Under the pieces are notes generated by a model. It was not told the origin of the DNA and searched no databases. It saw only the letters and a program-made list of their open reading frames with translations. Positions 48,609 through 59,483 of a DNA stretch of 64,000 bases are shown piece after piece. A program made the position numbers and the translations under genes. This stretch comes from Nitrosopumilaceae archaeon (GTDB taxonomy: Archaea > Thermoproteota > Nitrososphaeria > Nitrososphaerales > Nitrosopumilaceae), in the NCBI GenBank assembly GCA_965207375.1, contig OZ242274.1, positions 1,088,001 to 1,152,000 of the forward strand. Direction: 5' to 3'. The stretch's first letter is position 1, and every line of letters begins with the position of its first letter.

Positions 48609-49850
48609 TTGTTGAGTAAAGTAAAGAATCCAAAGCTTGCAAAACAGGGGAGAATTTCATACGAATGGGCTCGCTCTCATATGCAAATATTGGATAATAC
48701 GATTAATCGGTTAAAAAAATCAAAGCCTCTAAAGGGTGTAACTGTGGGATTTTGTCTTCATATAACCAAAGAAACATCGGTTCTTCTTTTGGGTGCAAAG
48801 GAGCTAGGTGCAAACGTTGCAGCATGTGGTGGAAATCCGCTGACCACCCAGGATGATGTTGCTGCATTTTTGAGCTCACAAGGAATTCACGTTTATGCTT
48901 GGAACAATCAGACCGATGCAGAATATGATTGGTGTATAGGCCAAGTTCTAAATCACAAACCTGATATTCTTACAGATGACGGGGCAGACATGAATGTCAA
49001 GGCTCATTTTGATAAAAAATACAAGGATCTTAATATTTTGGGTGCAACTGAGGAAACCACTGCGGGTGTTACTAGAATCAATGCGATGGCAAATCAGGGA
49101 CGATTACAATATCCTGTAATTTTGGTAAATGATGCTCACACAAAACACATGTTTGATAATAGATACGGCACCGGTCAAAGTACCATTGATGGATATCTTC
49201 GTGCCATGAATTTACTGATTGCAACAAAGCGCGTGGTAATAGTTGGTTATGGGTGGGTAGGAAAAGGTGTTGCCTCTAGATTTGCTGGTATGGGCGGTAA
49301 GGTAATTGTTACCGAAGTTGATCCAGTAAAGGCATTAGAGGCCCACATGGATGGCTTTGAGGTTATGACAATGTCTGATGCTGCAAAAATTGGAGATATT
49401 TTTGTCACTTGTACGGGAATGACAAGTGTAATTCGCAAGGAGCACATTTTAAAAATGAAGGATGGTGCAATCATGGGAAATGTGGGACACTTTGATGTCG
49501 AAATTGATACCAAATTCCTTTTAACAAAATCCAAATCCGTAAAAGAAACAAGACCCAATCTTGATGAATGTGTGCTTTCCAATAAAAAACGTGTCTATCT
49601 TATTGGAAAAGGAAGGCTAGCAAACCTAGTTGCAGCCGAAGGCCATCCCCCCGAAGTCATGGCCCAATCATTTTCTAATCAAATACTATCCATACTGTAC
49701 ATTCTAAAAAATCACAAAAAGATGGAAAATAAGGTGATTAATGTGCCTCAAGAGATTGACGTCCAAGTTGCAAGGGATGCACTCAAAGCAATGAATGTAA
49801 AAATTGATAGACTGACCCCTGAACAGATAAAGTATGCCAATAGCTGGTAA
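48609..49850 (+). CDS. ahcY: Adenosylhomocysteinase
   Basis: CLHITKET, TEETTAG, KHMFDNRYGTGQS, GYGWVGKG and GRLANL motifs. Confidence 0.96.
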   Translation: MLSKVKNPKLAKQGRISYEWARSHMQILDNTINRLKKSKPLKGVTVGFCLHITKETSVLLLGAKELGANVAACGGNPLTTQDDVAAFLSSQGIHVYAWNNQTDAEYDWCIGQVLNHKPDILTDDGADMNVKAHFDKKYKDLNILGATEETTAGVTRINAMANQGRLQYPVILVNDAHTKHMFDNRYGTGQSTIDGYLRAMNLLIATKRVVIVGYGWVGKGVASRFAGMGGKVIVTEVDPVKALEAHMDGFEVMTMSDAAKIGDIFVTCTGMTSVIRKEHILKMKDGAIMGNVGHFDVEIDTKFLLTKSKSVKETRPNLDECVLSNKKRVYLIGKGRLANLVAAEGHPPEVMAQSFSNQILSILYILKNHKKMENKVINVPQEIDVQVARDALKAMNVKIDRLTPEQIKYANSW

Positions 49851-49939
49851 ATCTACCCATGCCTTTTCATGTGATGTCGTTATTGTCTAGTCGTGTAATT
49901 GTGCTTTGAATTTACCTGATAATGCCCTGTACTGTCAAA

Positions 49940-50980
49940 TCATTTTTCTGCCTGATCTTTGTAGTTTATGCTGTCAGTGACTATTCTATATGCCTCATGT
50001 GCAGCAGCTTTAATTTTTTCTAAATCTAATTCCTTGTCACAAAACTGCCCACTTTTAACAGGAAAAAACACGTCATATTCTTTTTCGACATTTGTGTTTT
50101 GTATACATTGAATCTTTATGTCTCCGCTAGTTAATCCAACGTAACATTTTGCTTTTTGATCATACTCTGATATTGTTGCTGCATCCTCAAATGCCTGTAC
50201 CAGTCGAGTCCTGCCTGTTTCATGTTGGAATTTACCGTATTGTTTTGTTCTATATGCAATTGCTTCATACAGCATATACATTGGATTTGTAACTCCGCCT
50301 TGTTCAGACCTTTTATATACGTCTGGGGCATCTATGATACATTGGTAATGTCCTACCATGTATGAACACGTACTGGAAATATTCCAAAAACCTGATTTGC
50401 TGATTATGCAAGAAAGTGGTGCCACAAATTGTGATTTTTCTGATGCAGGTGCAATCATTATTCCTCTCTTTTTACTCATTCCTACAATGTATGGAGTTTG
50501 GTACATTTCTGACATCTTTTTAGCATCCTCTAATACGCCTACAAGTTGAAATCTACCTTCACTGAGAAATCCTATTTCTCCATAGTCTATTATGCCGTGT
50601 ATCAGGGCATCTTGTACCTTTGCAATCATTTCATGTATCGTGTAACGTGCATAAGCAACATTGTCCCCAAATTCTTTTTCAGTGTTTGAATGTTTTTTAG
50701 AATCTTTGACAGGATGTACACTACACACAAATACAGAACTTGGGCGTTTTCTTGAATCAAATACGATTACCTTCTGATCATGACTTATTCCTATACAGTA
50801 CGTTGTATTGTCCTGTATGGCCAAATTTGCCGTATCCTCAAGCACATCTTTGATTTTATCGTATGTCCATGAAGAATCAAGTCTACCGTATGTTTTCATG
50901 ATGTCGTATGTGTTGTGTCTTATTTTATAGTGTATTGGTACGTACCCCATTACAAGGATACTTGCATTCATACAAGTCAA
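49940..50980 (-). CDS. Hypothetical protein with three internal ~105-aa repeats
   Basis: Recurring (L/F)ED(T/A)..(A/S)....(Y/C).(I/V)G motif. Start may be at 50899. Confidence 0.7.
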   Translation of the reverse strand: MTCMNASILVMGYVPIHYKIRHNTYDIMKTYGRLDSSWTYDKIKDVLEDTANLAIQDNTTYCIGISHDQKVIVFDSRKRPSSVFVCSVHPVKDSKKHSNTEKEFGDNVAYARYTIHEMIAKVQDALIHGIIDYGEIGFLSEGRFQLVGVLEDAKKMSEMYQTPYIVGMSKKRGIMIAPASEKSQFVAPLSCIISKSGFWNISSTCSYMVGHYQCIIDAPDVYKRSEQGGVTNPMYMLYEAIAYRTKQYGKFQHETGRTRLVQAFEDAATISEYDQKAKCYVGLTSGDIKIQCIQNTNVEKEYDVFFPVKSGQFCDKELDLEKIKAAAHEAYRIVTDSINYKDQAEK

Positions 50981-51319
50981 TACGGGGGAGAAAACTCATG
51001 GTAAAAAGCAAGTTTATTCCAGGACCAAAGGGGTAATTCGTATAGATCTCACACATGAAATTGAAAACGAATTGAAGAAATCATTTCTAAATAAAAAAGA
51101 CATCCGTATCCACATCAGCCCATGATTCCCCATTCAAAGAATGGTCAAAGGGGTTCGAATACAGATGTTAATAGTACGTTGAGATGGTATATTTGTTTAT
51201 TGGTGGATGTGGCACTGCCCACATTTTTTTCAACAAAGGTACAAACTCTGGTAGTAAATTTTTCATGTATGTTCAAAAACTAAATAGAATCATATGAGAC
51301 CTGAATGTGTACCTACTTT

Positions 51320-51505
51320 CTATTGCCGTCCGTTTTTTGAATAAAACAAGTAAAAACTCCACAAAAACACGCCAATCATGGCAGCGCCTGTAATGTATGC
51401 AAAATTGAATCCATCATCGAGACTATCCTCGTTGTATGTGTTGATTACAAATGTAAGAATCAACAACATTGCCCCAATTAGCATTAACCTCCTGTGGGCT
51501 TGCAT
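51320..51505 (-). CDS. Small two-TM membrane protein
   Basis: 61 aa with two hydrophobic helices. Confidence 0.65.
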   Translation of the reverse strand: MQAHRRLMLIGAMLLILTFVINTYNEDSLDDGFNFAYITGAAMIGVFLWSFYLFYSKNGRQ

Positions 51506-51654
51506 ATGTGACTAGTTACTTGTTTGTATATTAATTAAACAAAATTTGGCGTGTATGTGGTACCAAAATCATTTAACATTCCTGTCAGGATGCAAATTAC
51601 TTGAAACTATCAACAAAACAAACTTCTTAACCCTAAATTTTCTGCAAGATACAG

Positions 51655-53310
51655 ATGAGAAAAAAGGCAATCATTACAAGTGCACTTCCGTATGCTAATG
51701 GGGAGATACATCTAGGACACGTTGCATCCACATATCTGCCTGCAGATGTGACTACGCGATATCTTAAACAAAACGGTGTAGAGGCGTATTATGTATGTGC
51801 ATCTGATGATTTTGGAACACCAATCCTGATACAATCAGAAAAAGAGGACAAGACACCTGCACAGTACGTTGCCCATTGGAACAAGCGTGACTATGAGGAT
51901 TTTAAATCACTTGATATCTGTTTTGATTATTTTTACAACACAAGCTCACAGGAAAACATTGAATTTGTACAGAATGTTTTCAAAAAGTTAAACGATGCAG
52001 GACACATTTATGAATCTGAAATAATTCAGTTTTTTTGTCAAAACGATGACAAATTTTTGCCTGACAGATATGTCAAGGGAACCTGTCCTTACTGTCATAC
52101 AAAAGATCAATACTCGGATTTGTGTGAAAGCTGCGGAAGGGTTCCTGAAGAAATTGACAATCCCAAGTGTTCAATTTGCGGGCAGACTCCAATCAAGAAA
52201 AAAACCACGCATTATTTTTTTAAACTCAAAAATTTTGGCGACTCTCTTACTGCCTGGCTGGAACAAAACGACAATCTGCAAAAAGACGTAAAAAAATACG
52301 TTCAAAACTGGATTAAAACGGGACTAATCGACTGGGACATCACCCGTGACATATCTTGGGGCGTTCCGATTCCTAATACTCGACAAAATCAAGTTTTCTA
52401 CGGTTGGTTTGACAATCATCTGGCATACATCTCAACTGCAATAAAATTTCTAAACGACAAAGGCATCAACGGAAAAGAATTTTGGAATTCTGCTGATATT
52501 TACCACTTTATTGGAAAAGACATTGTATATCATCATTATTTGTTTTTACCTGCAATGCGATTGGGTATGAACAAAGAGTACAAACTACCTGACTTTATTC
52601 CGACTCGAGGTCATCTTACTTTGGAATCTAAAAAAATCTCAAAGAGCAGAAATTGGTATATTGGCCTAAAAGAGTTTCTAAACTATTATCGTGCTGACTA
52701 TCTTAGATACTATTTGATTTCAATTAATCCGTATTCTCAAGATGACTTGAATTTTGATTGGGACGAGTTTGCAACCCGAATCAACTCTGAACTTATTGGA
52801 AACTTGGGAAACTTTGTAAATAGGGCACTAGGGTTTGCTGCAAAGAGCTTTGATGGCACCGTTCCAAAACCTACTCAATATGATGACAAAGACAAAAAGG
52901 CAGAGGAAAAAATCCGAAATTTGTCATCTGATGTGGGTGCATTAATGCAGCAAAATCATCTTGATCGTGCACTAAAAAAGATACTAGACTTTACCGGTCA
53001 CTTTAATCAGTATTTTCAGCACAAAGAGCCTTGGAAGAAAGGGCCTGGAACTGAGACCTGTGTATTTTTATCCGTAAATGCAACTAAGAGTCTATCTGTT
53101 ATACTGAGCTCATTTTTACCTGAATCTTCACAAAAAATTTGGACGCAGTTGGGATTAAATGGAAAATCTACAGATCAATCTTGGGATTCTATATCTGAGA
53201 TAACCATTATGCCTGGCCATACTTTGGGTGACCCTGCACCCCTGTTTGCAAAGGTTGAGGATGAAGACATTAAAAGACACAAGGAAAAATTGGGTACCCG
53301 AGCAAATTGA
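51655..53310 (+). CDS. metG: Methionyl-tRNA synthetase
   Basis: ALPYANGEIHLGH, zinc knuckles, FIGKDI and KISKS motifs. Confidence 0.97.
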   Translation: MRKKAIITSALPYANGEIHLGHVASTYLPADVTTRYLKQNGVEAYYVCASDDFGTPILIQSEKEDKTPAQYVAHWNKRDYEDFKSLDICFDYFYNTSSQENIEFVQNVFKKLNDAGHIYESEIIQFFCQNDDKFLPDRYVKGTCPYCHTKDQYSDLCESCGRVPEEIDNPKCSICGQTPIKKKTTHYFFKLKNFGDSLTAWLEQNDNLQKDVKKYVQNWIKTGLIDWDITRDISWGVPIPNTRQNQVFYGWFDNHLAYISTAIKFLNDKGINGKEFWNSADIYHFIGKDIVYHHYLFLPAMRLGMNKEYKLPDFIPTRGHLTLESKKISKSRNWYIGLKEFLNYYRADYLRYYLISINPYSQDDLNFDWDEFATRINSELIGNLGNFVNRALGFAAKSFDGTVPKPTQYDDKDKKAEEKIRNLSSDVGALMQQNHLDRALKKILDFTGHFNQYFQHKEPWKKGPGTETCVFLSVNATKSLSVILSSFLPESSQKIWTQLGLNGKSTDQSWDSISEITIMPGHTLGDPAPLFAKVEDEDIKRHKEKLGTRAN

Positions 53311-54059
53311 GAAAACCATTTCCGAGAATATCAACTAGAGGATATTATGATTTAGGTACGGGTAATACTTTAAAGACAAATCCTTACTTTTTATATCCAA
53401 AATTCTTTTTTGATCATATACGTGGTACAAAGGAGCTAACAATTATGATGCATGGGCTAAGAAATGACAGGACAGGTGCATTAAACAAGTTTGTCATTGC
53501 CAAGAAAAAACTACACCAAATAGGTTATTGCTATCCTGTAGTTGGATTCAGCTATGATTCAAACACCAGAGGAGCACATCTTGCAAAATCTGCCCTCAAA
53601 GCATTGCACGTAGGACAAAAAATAGCAAAGAAAAATGGCAAAAATTTAGCAAAATTTATTGTAGATTTTAAAAACTCTAGTCCTGATACTCGAATTCGAT
53701 TAATGGGTCATTCTCTTGGCTCTCAGGTTATCTTGCACACAGTTGAGAATTTGGCCAAAAATCCAAAAAATACATCCATGATAGAGTCTGTTTACTTTTT
53801 TGGCAGCTCCATAACTATACAAGAGTTCTCTTGTGCAGTGCGCTCCAAAATACTTCAAAAAATTATCAGGCACAAAATTGTCAATTATTTTAGTCCTGCA
53901 GATGAGACCCTCAAATACGCTCATGAGCATGGAGATGTATTGAATCCTATAGGGTATTTTGGATGTAGCCCAAATCTGTCAAAATATACTCAAAAAAAGG
54001 TATGGCCAAAAAACCACCGATTCGCAAGCTATGCTGATGTTCTCAAGTCGTTTCCATAG
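53307..54059 (+). CDS. Alpha/beta hydrolase
   Basis: HG oxyanion motif, GHSLG nucleophile elbow and C-terminal His. Confidence 0.8.
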   Translation: MRKPFPRISTRGYYDLGTGNTLKTNPYFLYPKFFFDHIRGTKELTIMMHGLRNDRTGALNKFVIAKKKLHQIGYCYPVVGFSYDSNTRGAHLAKSALKALHVGQKIAKKNGKNLAKFIVDFKNSSPDTRIRLMGHSLGSQVILHTVENLAKNPKNTSMIESVYFFGSSITIQEFSCAVRSKILQKIIRHKIVNYFSPADETLKYAHEHGDVLNPIGYFGCSPNLSKYTQKKVWPKNHRFASYADVLKSFP

Positions 54060-54090
54060 TTTAAATTTCAATGATGCCTGAATTTTTGAT

Positions 54091-55005
54091 ATGAACTCGG
54101 CAAACTTTGTGGTTTTAGGTGATCAAAGTATTGCAAAAAATTTTGGCAAAAAGGGAACTCAAACGGATCTTACCTTATATGATAAAAAAGAGTCCGATGT
54201 TATAAGAACCTGGATTGTACCTAGTGGATTTCCTGAAAAAATTCAACCACTTCTTCAGGCAATTAACCTGTCAGAATTTGTAGTCTTGTATGTTACTGCA
54301 CTAGATAAATTTACAGGAGAACAAATTGTGGCACTAGATATTTTGGATAAAAAAATTGGTATAATTGCACATTCCTTTGATGTAGATGAATCCACATTAA
54401 ATGCCATGATTAAAGGGACTGTGGTACAAAACTATACTGTAACTGAATATGACCGGCTCTGGGAAGAGATTGCAAAAGTCAAACCCTTATCCAAAGAGGG
54501 AAAGACCAAAATTGTAATTGATCATTGCTTTGATGTCAGAGGTGTGGGTACTGTAGTTTTAGGCAAAGTCACCTCTGGTATAGTAAAGCAGTATGATGAC
54601 CTCAAACTTTTGCCTGCAGATGCAGATGTGATGATAAAATCAATTCAAATGCACGACGATCCTGTAAATGAGGCAGCATACCCTGCCCGTGTAGGGCTGT
54701 CTGTCAAGGGCGTAAAACCAGAAGATGTGAATCGTGGAGATATTTTGTGTGTTGACTCTATGAAGGTAACTGATGAATTAGACATTGATTTTGTAAAAAC
54801 CCCATACTACAAGGGAGATATTTCCAAAAATCATATGTGTCTTGTTAATGTGGGACTAAAAATCATGGCAGGCAAATTCTCATCTGTGCATCCAGTCAAG
54901 ATTCATCTTGACAAGCCTATTGTATATGATGATGGTGATATTGCAGTTGTTTTAAAACCTGAATCTACAGGAATTCGAATTTTAGGCAGCGGAAAAATCA
55001 AATGA
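54091..55005 (+). CDS. SelB-like / EF-Tu domain 2 protein with degenerate G domain
   Basis: IDHCFDVRGVGTVVLG, IKSIQMHD and RVGLSVKG motifs. No intact P-loop. Confidence 0.8.
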   Translation: MNSANFVVLGDQSIAKNFGKKGTQTDLTLYDKKESDVIRTWIVPSGFPEKIQPLLQAINLSEFVVLYVTALDKFTGEQIVALDILDKKIGIIAHSFDVDESTLNAMIKGTVVQNYTVTEYDRLWEEIAKVKPLSKEGKTKIVIDHCFDVRGVGTVVLGKVTSGIVKQYDDLKLLPADADVMIKSIQMHDDPVNEAAYPARVGLSVKGVKPEDVNRGDILCVDSMKVTDELDIDFVKTPYYKGDISKNHMCLVNVGLKIMAGKFSSVHPVKIHLDKPIVYDDGDIAVVLKPESTGIRILGSGKIK

Positions 55006-55250
55006 TTATTGTACCTGCGAGCCGGTTTGTTTTTTGTTGATAAAATTTACTGTTTTTTTATTTCCATTTTCATGCGCAACATGTGGGCATTGAGGCGATA
55101 TGATGATGTTTCACATTCCAGCATTACAGTGAGACAGATGCAGTTATGGTGTGTGCTTTAGAATACATTATAATTATGGGAAATATCGTATGATGCAGGT
55201 GCAAGATAGTGGGTGAATTTCCATCTACTGATGTAACTGTGCTTGAGAAA

Positions 55251-55805
55251 TTACTCCATCATTTTCAATGTGTCTGATGCAGTTATAATTCCAACAATTT
55301 TGGTTTGTTTTGATACCAGTATGCACTTTGAATATCTAATCAAAGGCACTAGTACGTTTACAGGCGTTTCAAAGTCAACTATTGGAGGTGTTGAATCCAT
55401 CGTATTTGATATCTTGGCCTTTTTGAGTTCTGTCTCTCCTGTATCTGATAGATGTTTTACAATTCCGTCCTCTGTTATTACGCCTACTACCTCAATTTTG
55501 TCAAAAATTGGAATTTGGCTGATGGATAACTGGTGCATTTTTTTTATTGCGTCATGTAGCGTATCTGTTGGTTTTAATCTGATTATATCCTTACTGCAAA
55601 AATCCCCTGCAATATGTGGTGATTTTCCTTCCAATGTTACCAAATTGTCAAAAATCTTTTTAGCAGTATCGTAGCTTGGTTGACTACGCCCTGATTCGAT
55701 TTGATTTATCATTGATGTGCTGACACCTGTCATGTGTGCAAGTTTTTTTTGTGTAATTCCTATCTTGAGTCTGATTTGCTTTATAGAATCAATTCTTGGC
55801 AGCAT
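55251..55805 (-). CDS. XRE-HTH plus CBS-pair transcriptional regulator
   Basis: GITQKKLAHMTGVSTSMINQIESG, and CBS motifs ISQIPI / VGIITASD. Confidence 0.9.
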   Translation of the reverse strand: MLPRIDSIKQIRLKIGITQKKLAHMTGVSTSMINQIESGRSQPSYDTAKKIFDNLVTLEGKSPHIAGDFCSKDIIRLKPTDTLHDAIKKMHQLSISQIPIFDKIEVVGVITEDGIVKHLSDTGETELKKAKISNTMDSTPPIVDFETPVNVLVPLIRYSKCILVSKQTKIVGIITASDTLKMME

Positions 55806-55833
55806 AAAGTTATTTAGTTGTGGCCGATTTAAA

Positions 55834-58476
55834 CTATTTTGGTTTTTCAATTGCGGCCTGAGCTGCGGCAACAATTGCTATTGGTATCCTGTGTGGTGAT
55901 GCGCTGACATAGCTTAGTCCTGCACTGTGACAAAACTTTATAGAGTTGGGATCTCCTCCGTGTTCTCCACAGATGCCAACCTCCATGTTGTGTTTAATTT
56001 TACGTCCGCCTGAAATTCCGATTTTAATTAGGCGGCCTACGCCATTTGCATCAATTGTTTGGAAAGGATTTCTCTCTAGCAGCTCCTTTTCCATATATTC
56101 TGGAAGGAATTTACCTTCCACATCTTCTCTGCTAAAACTAAAGGTTCCCTGTGTCAAATCATTGGTGCCAAAGCTGAAAAACTCTGCCGTATTTGCAAGC
56201 TCATCTGCAGTTAACGCTGCCCTTACAACCTCTATCATTGTTCCAAAGTTTACTGTCAGCTTCATTTTGTTTTTGGCTTCGACCTCCTTTTTGATATCAT
56301 CATAAATTTTCTTGATGTGATTTAATTCTGCAATACTGCTTATTTGTGGAATCATGATTTGTGGATGTGCCTTTATTTTTTTCTTTGTCAACTCCGCTAG
56401 GGCCTCAAAGACTGCCCGAATCTGCATCTGATAAATTTCAGGATATGTCACGCCCACCCTGACTCCTCTATGACCCATCATTGGGTTTACCTCTGCTAGC
56501 TGTCTGGCCCTTTTCAAAACAATTTCTGCTTTTTTGATCTCCTCTTTTGCCTCTAGTCTGTGAATTTTTTCTGCTAGCTCCTCAGGATTTGGCAGGAACT
56601 CGTGTAGTGGCGGATCAAGCAACCTGATTGTTACCTCATAGCCCTCCATCGCCTTTAGAATTGCAATAAAGTCACTTTTTTGCAATCGTCCCAATTTTTT
56701 AAGAACCTGGGAGCGCTCTTTGGTGTTTTGTGCCATTATCATATCTACAAACAAGCCTATCCTGTCACTTGCGTTGAACATTCTCTCTGTTCTGCAAAGG
56801 CCTATTCCTTTTGCGCCAAACCTTCTTGCTAGTCTTGCAGCTTCGGGCGTATCTGCATTTGCCCTGATTCCAAGTACCTTTGTTTTTTGCGCCCATGCAA
56901 GGATTTGTTCAAAGTCCTTTGTCACCTTTGGCTCTACTGTTGGAACCTCTCCTAGAAAAACCGTTCCTGTACTGCCATCAATAGATACTGTCTGACCTTC
57001 CTTTAGGATATTTCCATTTGCAATACATTGGTTGTTATTATAATCAATCTTTAATTGTGCGCATCCTACAATGCATGGCTTTCCCATGCCTCTTGAAACA
57101 ATTGCTGCATGAGATGACTTTCCTCCCAAGCTAGTCAGTATTCCTTGTGATGAAAAAAATGCAGGAACGTCTTCGGGTTTTGTTTCTTTTCTGATTAAGA
57201 TGACCTTTTTGCCTGCATCTCCTAACTCCATTGCCTTTTTTACATCAAAGACTGCAATTCCGCTAGCAGCTCCCGGAGATGCTGCAATGCCACGCACAAA
57301 TTGTTTAAAATTCATGCATTTTGACTCGTCAACTGTTCTGTGCAACAATGCCTCTAATTGCTGTGCAGGAATTCTTACAAGTGCTCGTTTTTTGTCAACT
57401 AGTCTTTCTTTTACCATGTCTACAGATGTCTTTACTAGTGCCATGGCGCTCATTTTTGCAGTTCTTGTCTGCAACAGGTAGAATCGTCCCTGCTCTATGG
57501 TAAATTCAATATCTTGTGGTTCTTTAAAGTGTCTTTCAAGCTTTGTACATGCATTGTATAGCTCACTGTATGATTTTGACATCTCTTTTTTGAGCAAGGC
57601 AACATTTTTTCCGGTTCTAACTCCTGCAACAACGTCCTCTCCTTGCGCGTTGATCAGATATTCTCCCTCCAACTCCTTTTTGCCGTTGTGTCCGTTTCTG
57701 GTAAATACTACCCCCGTTGCACTATCTGCACCCATGTTTCCAAACACCATTGCAACAACGTTGACTGCGGTTCCATCTGCAATGTCTTTTGTTATGTTAT
57801 TTTTGTCACGATAAATTACTGCCCTTTCTCCCATCCAGCTTTTAAAGACTGCCTCAATTGACAGGCTCAGCTGTTCATTAGGAGAATCTGGAAATTTTTT
57901 CTTTGTGTGTTTTTCACATATTTTTTTATATTCAGACACGATCTTTTTTAACGATTCCACACTTAGATTGCTGTCATCTTTTACGCCCTGTCTGGATTTT
58001 GCAGAATCTAGTATATCATCAAACTTTTCATCATGTATTCCAAATACTACCTTGCCGAACAGCTGAATGAATCGCCTGTACGAATCCCAAGCAAAGCGTG
58101 GGTTTTTTGTTTGCTCAGCTAGGCCATCTACTGTTTTTTCATTTAATCCCAGATTCAAAATTGTATCCATCATGCCCGGCATCGATATTGCAGCACCGGA
58201 ACGAACAGAAACCAACAGTGGATTTTTTGTAGAATTCCATTTCTTTTTGGTTTTTTGCTCTATTTTTGCAATGTTTTTCATTACCATGGGCATGACATCT
58301 TTGGGCAGTTTCTGATGGTTTGCATAATATTTCTTACAAACCTCAGTTGTGATGATAAATCCAGGTGGTACAGGAAGCTTTAATCTAGTCATTTCACTTA
58401 GACCTGCACCTTTTCCACCCAAAAGCATCCTGTTTTTACTGTCTGCCTCCTCAAATGCATATACTGGCTTTGCCAT
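55834..58476 (-). CDS. ppdK: Pyruvate, phosphate dikinase
   Basis: LGGKGAGL, SVRSGA, GGKSSHAA, GLCRTE, SFGTNDL and GICGEHGG motifs. Confidence 0.96.
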   Translation of the reverse strand: MAKPVYAFEEADSKNRMLLGGKGAGLSEMTRLKLPVPPGFIITTEVCKKYYANHQKLPKDVMPMVMKNIAKIEQKTKKKWNSTKNPLLVSVRSGAAISMPGMMDTILNLGLNEKTVDGLAEQTKNPRFAWDSYRRFIQLFGKVVFGIHDEKFDDILDSAKSRQGVKDDSNLSVESLKKIVSEYKKICEKHTKKKFPDSPNEQLSLSIEAVFKSWMGERAVIYRDKNNITKDIADGTAVNVVAMVFGNMGADSATGVVFTRNGHNGKKELEGEYLINAQGEDVVAGVRTGKNVALLKKEMSKSYSELYNACTKLERHFKEPQDIEFTIEQGRFYLLQTRTAKMSAMALVKTSVDMVKERLVDKKRALVRIPAQQLEALLHRTVDESKCMNFKQFVRGIAASPGAASGIAVFDVKKAMELGDAGKKVILIRKETKPEDVPAFFSSQGILTSLGGKSSHAAIVSRGMGKPCIVGCAQLKIDYNNNQCIANGNILKEGQTVSIDGSTGTVFLGEVPTVEPKVTKDFEQILAWAQKTKVLGIRANADTPEAARLARRFGAKGIGLCRTERMFNASDRIGLFVDMIMAQNTKERSQVLKKLGRLQKSDFIAILKAMEGYEVTIRLLDPPLHEFLPNPEELAEKIHRLEAKEEIKKAEIVLKRARQLAEVNPMMGHRGVRVGVTYPEIYQMQIRAVFEALAELTKKKIKAHPQIMIPQISSIAELNHIKKIYDDIKKEVEAKNKMKLTVNFGTMIEVVRAALTADELANTAEFFSFGTNDLTQGTFSFSREDVEGKFLPEYMEKELLERNPFQTIDANGVGRLIKIGISGGRKIKHNMEVGICGEHGGDPNSIKFCHSAGLSYVSASPHRIPIAIVAAAQAAIEKPK

Positions 58477-58503
58477 GCAAAATGTCGTAAATTTTTTGGC
58501 TTT

Positions 58504-59160
58504 TTAAACTAATGCCTTTGCAAATTCAGAAATTGTTTTTTCCCAGTTGTTTGCTTTGATGATTCCGCTTGCAACTAAAATTCCTACAGAGCCTAACTCG
58601 GTTGCCTTGATTACATCATCTCCAGAAACAATTCCCGCACCACAAAGAAGTTTGGTTTTATTTTTTGCAGATTTTACTGTGTTTGCTGCTTTTATAATCA
58701 AGTCTGGTTGCTCCTTTGAAACTGCCTTTGCAGAGCCGATTAGCTCTGGTGGCTCAATTGCTATATAGTCTGGGTTTAATTTTACATATTTTTTGACCTC
58801 TGCAACATCTTTTACGCACAGAACCGATGTCATTTTGAGCTCTTTTAATTTTGAAATTATGTTTTTGATCTCATTTGGGGAAATCCTGTGCTCGCTGTGA
58901 TTAACTAAAGAGCCTGATATCTTTGATTTTTTTAACAGCTCTGGTACCATAAAGCCTGTAGTACTACCAACTAAAGAATCATCAACATGTTGTGCAAGTA
59001 TCTGGATGTTGTTTTGTGCAATTTGTCCCAACAGGTGTTGCGGGGGCGCTATGACAATTTTTACCTTGTATTTTTTTGCTACTCTTTGTACTGTTTTTAC
59101 AAATTTGATAATTTGCCTGCCTGATACTTCCTCATAGTTTTTACAGTTGATAATAAACAA
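58504..59160 (-). CDS. tpiA: Triosephosphate isomerase (archaeal type)
   Basis: NCKNY, NHSEHR, EPPELIG and LCGAGI motifs. Confidence 0.95.
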   Translation of the reverse strand: MFIINCKNYEEVSGRQIIKFVKTVQRVAKKYKVKIVIAPPQHLLGQIAQNNIQILAQHVDDSLVGSTTGFMVPELLKKSKISGSLVNHSEHRISPNEIKNIISKLKELKMTSVLCVKDVAEVKKYVKLNPDYIAIEPPELIGSAKAVSKEQPDLIIKAANTVKSAKNKTKLLCGAGIVSGDDVIKATELGSVGILVASGIIKANNWEKTISEFAKALV

Positions 59161-59188
59161 GATTGCTTCAAGGTGTTTTGTTTAGTAT

Positions 59189-59476
59189 TTAATCCTTAAT
59201 TTGAGCAATACTGTCATATTTGCGTTTCATGCAAAGCACTATCATCATCAAGATGATGGCTGCAAGGTTTGTACCTATAATGTATATGTCATTTACCTCT
59301 ATTCCATAAATTAGCCACAGCAGTGCGCCTGCCGAAATCAACAACATCAGGTATCTTGAAATGTCTTTGAGACTCTTTGTTCTGTATCCTTTGATTATTT
59401 GCTGAACCCATCCTGATAAAATCAAGATTCCTGCCAATGTGCCAATAATTACAAGCAGGTTTTCATCTAAAAGCAT
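59189..59476 (-). CDS. SemiSWEET/PQ-loop family small transporter
   Basis: Three TM helices with QIIKGYRTKSLKDIS and LWLIYG..IIGTN. Confidence 0.8.
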   Translation of the reverse strand: MLLDENLLVIIGTLAGILILSGWVQQIIKGYRTKSLKDISRYLMLLISAGALLWLIYGIEVNDIYIIGTNLAAIILMMIVLCMKRKYDSIAQIKD

Positions 59477-59483
59477 AAAGATC

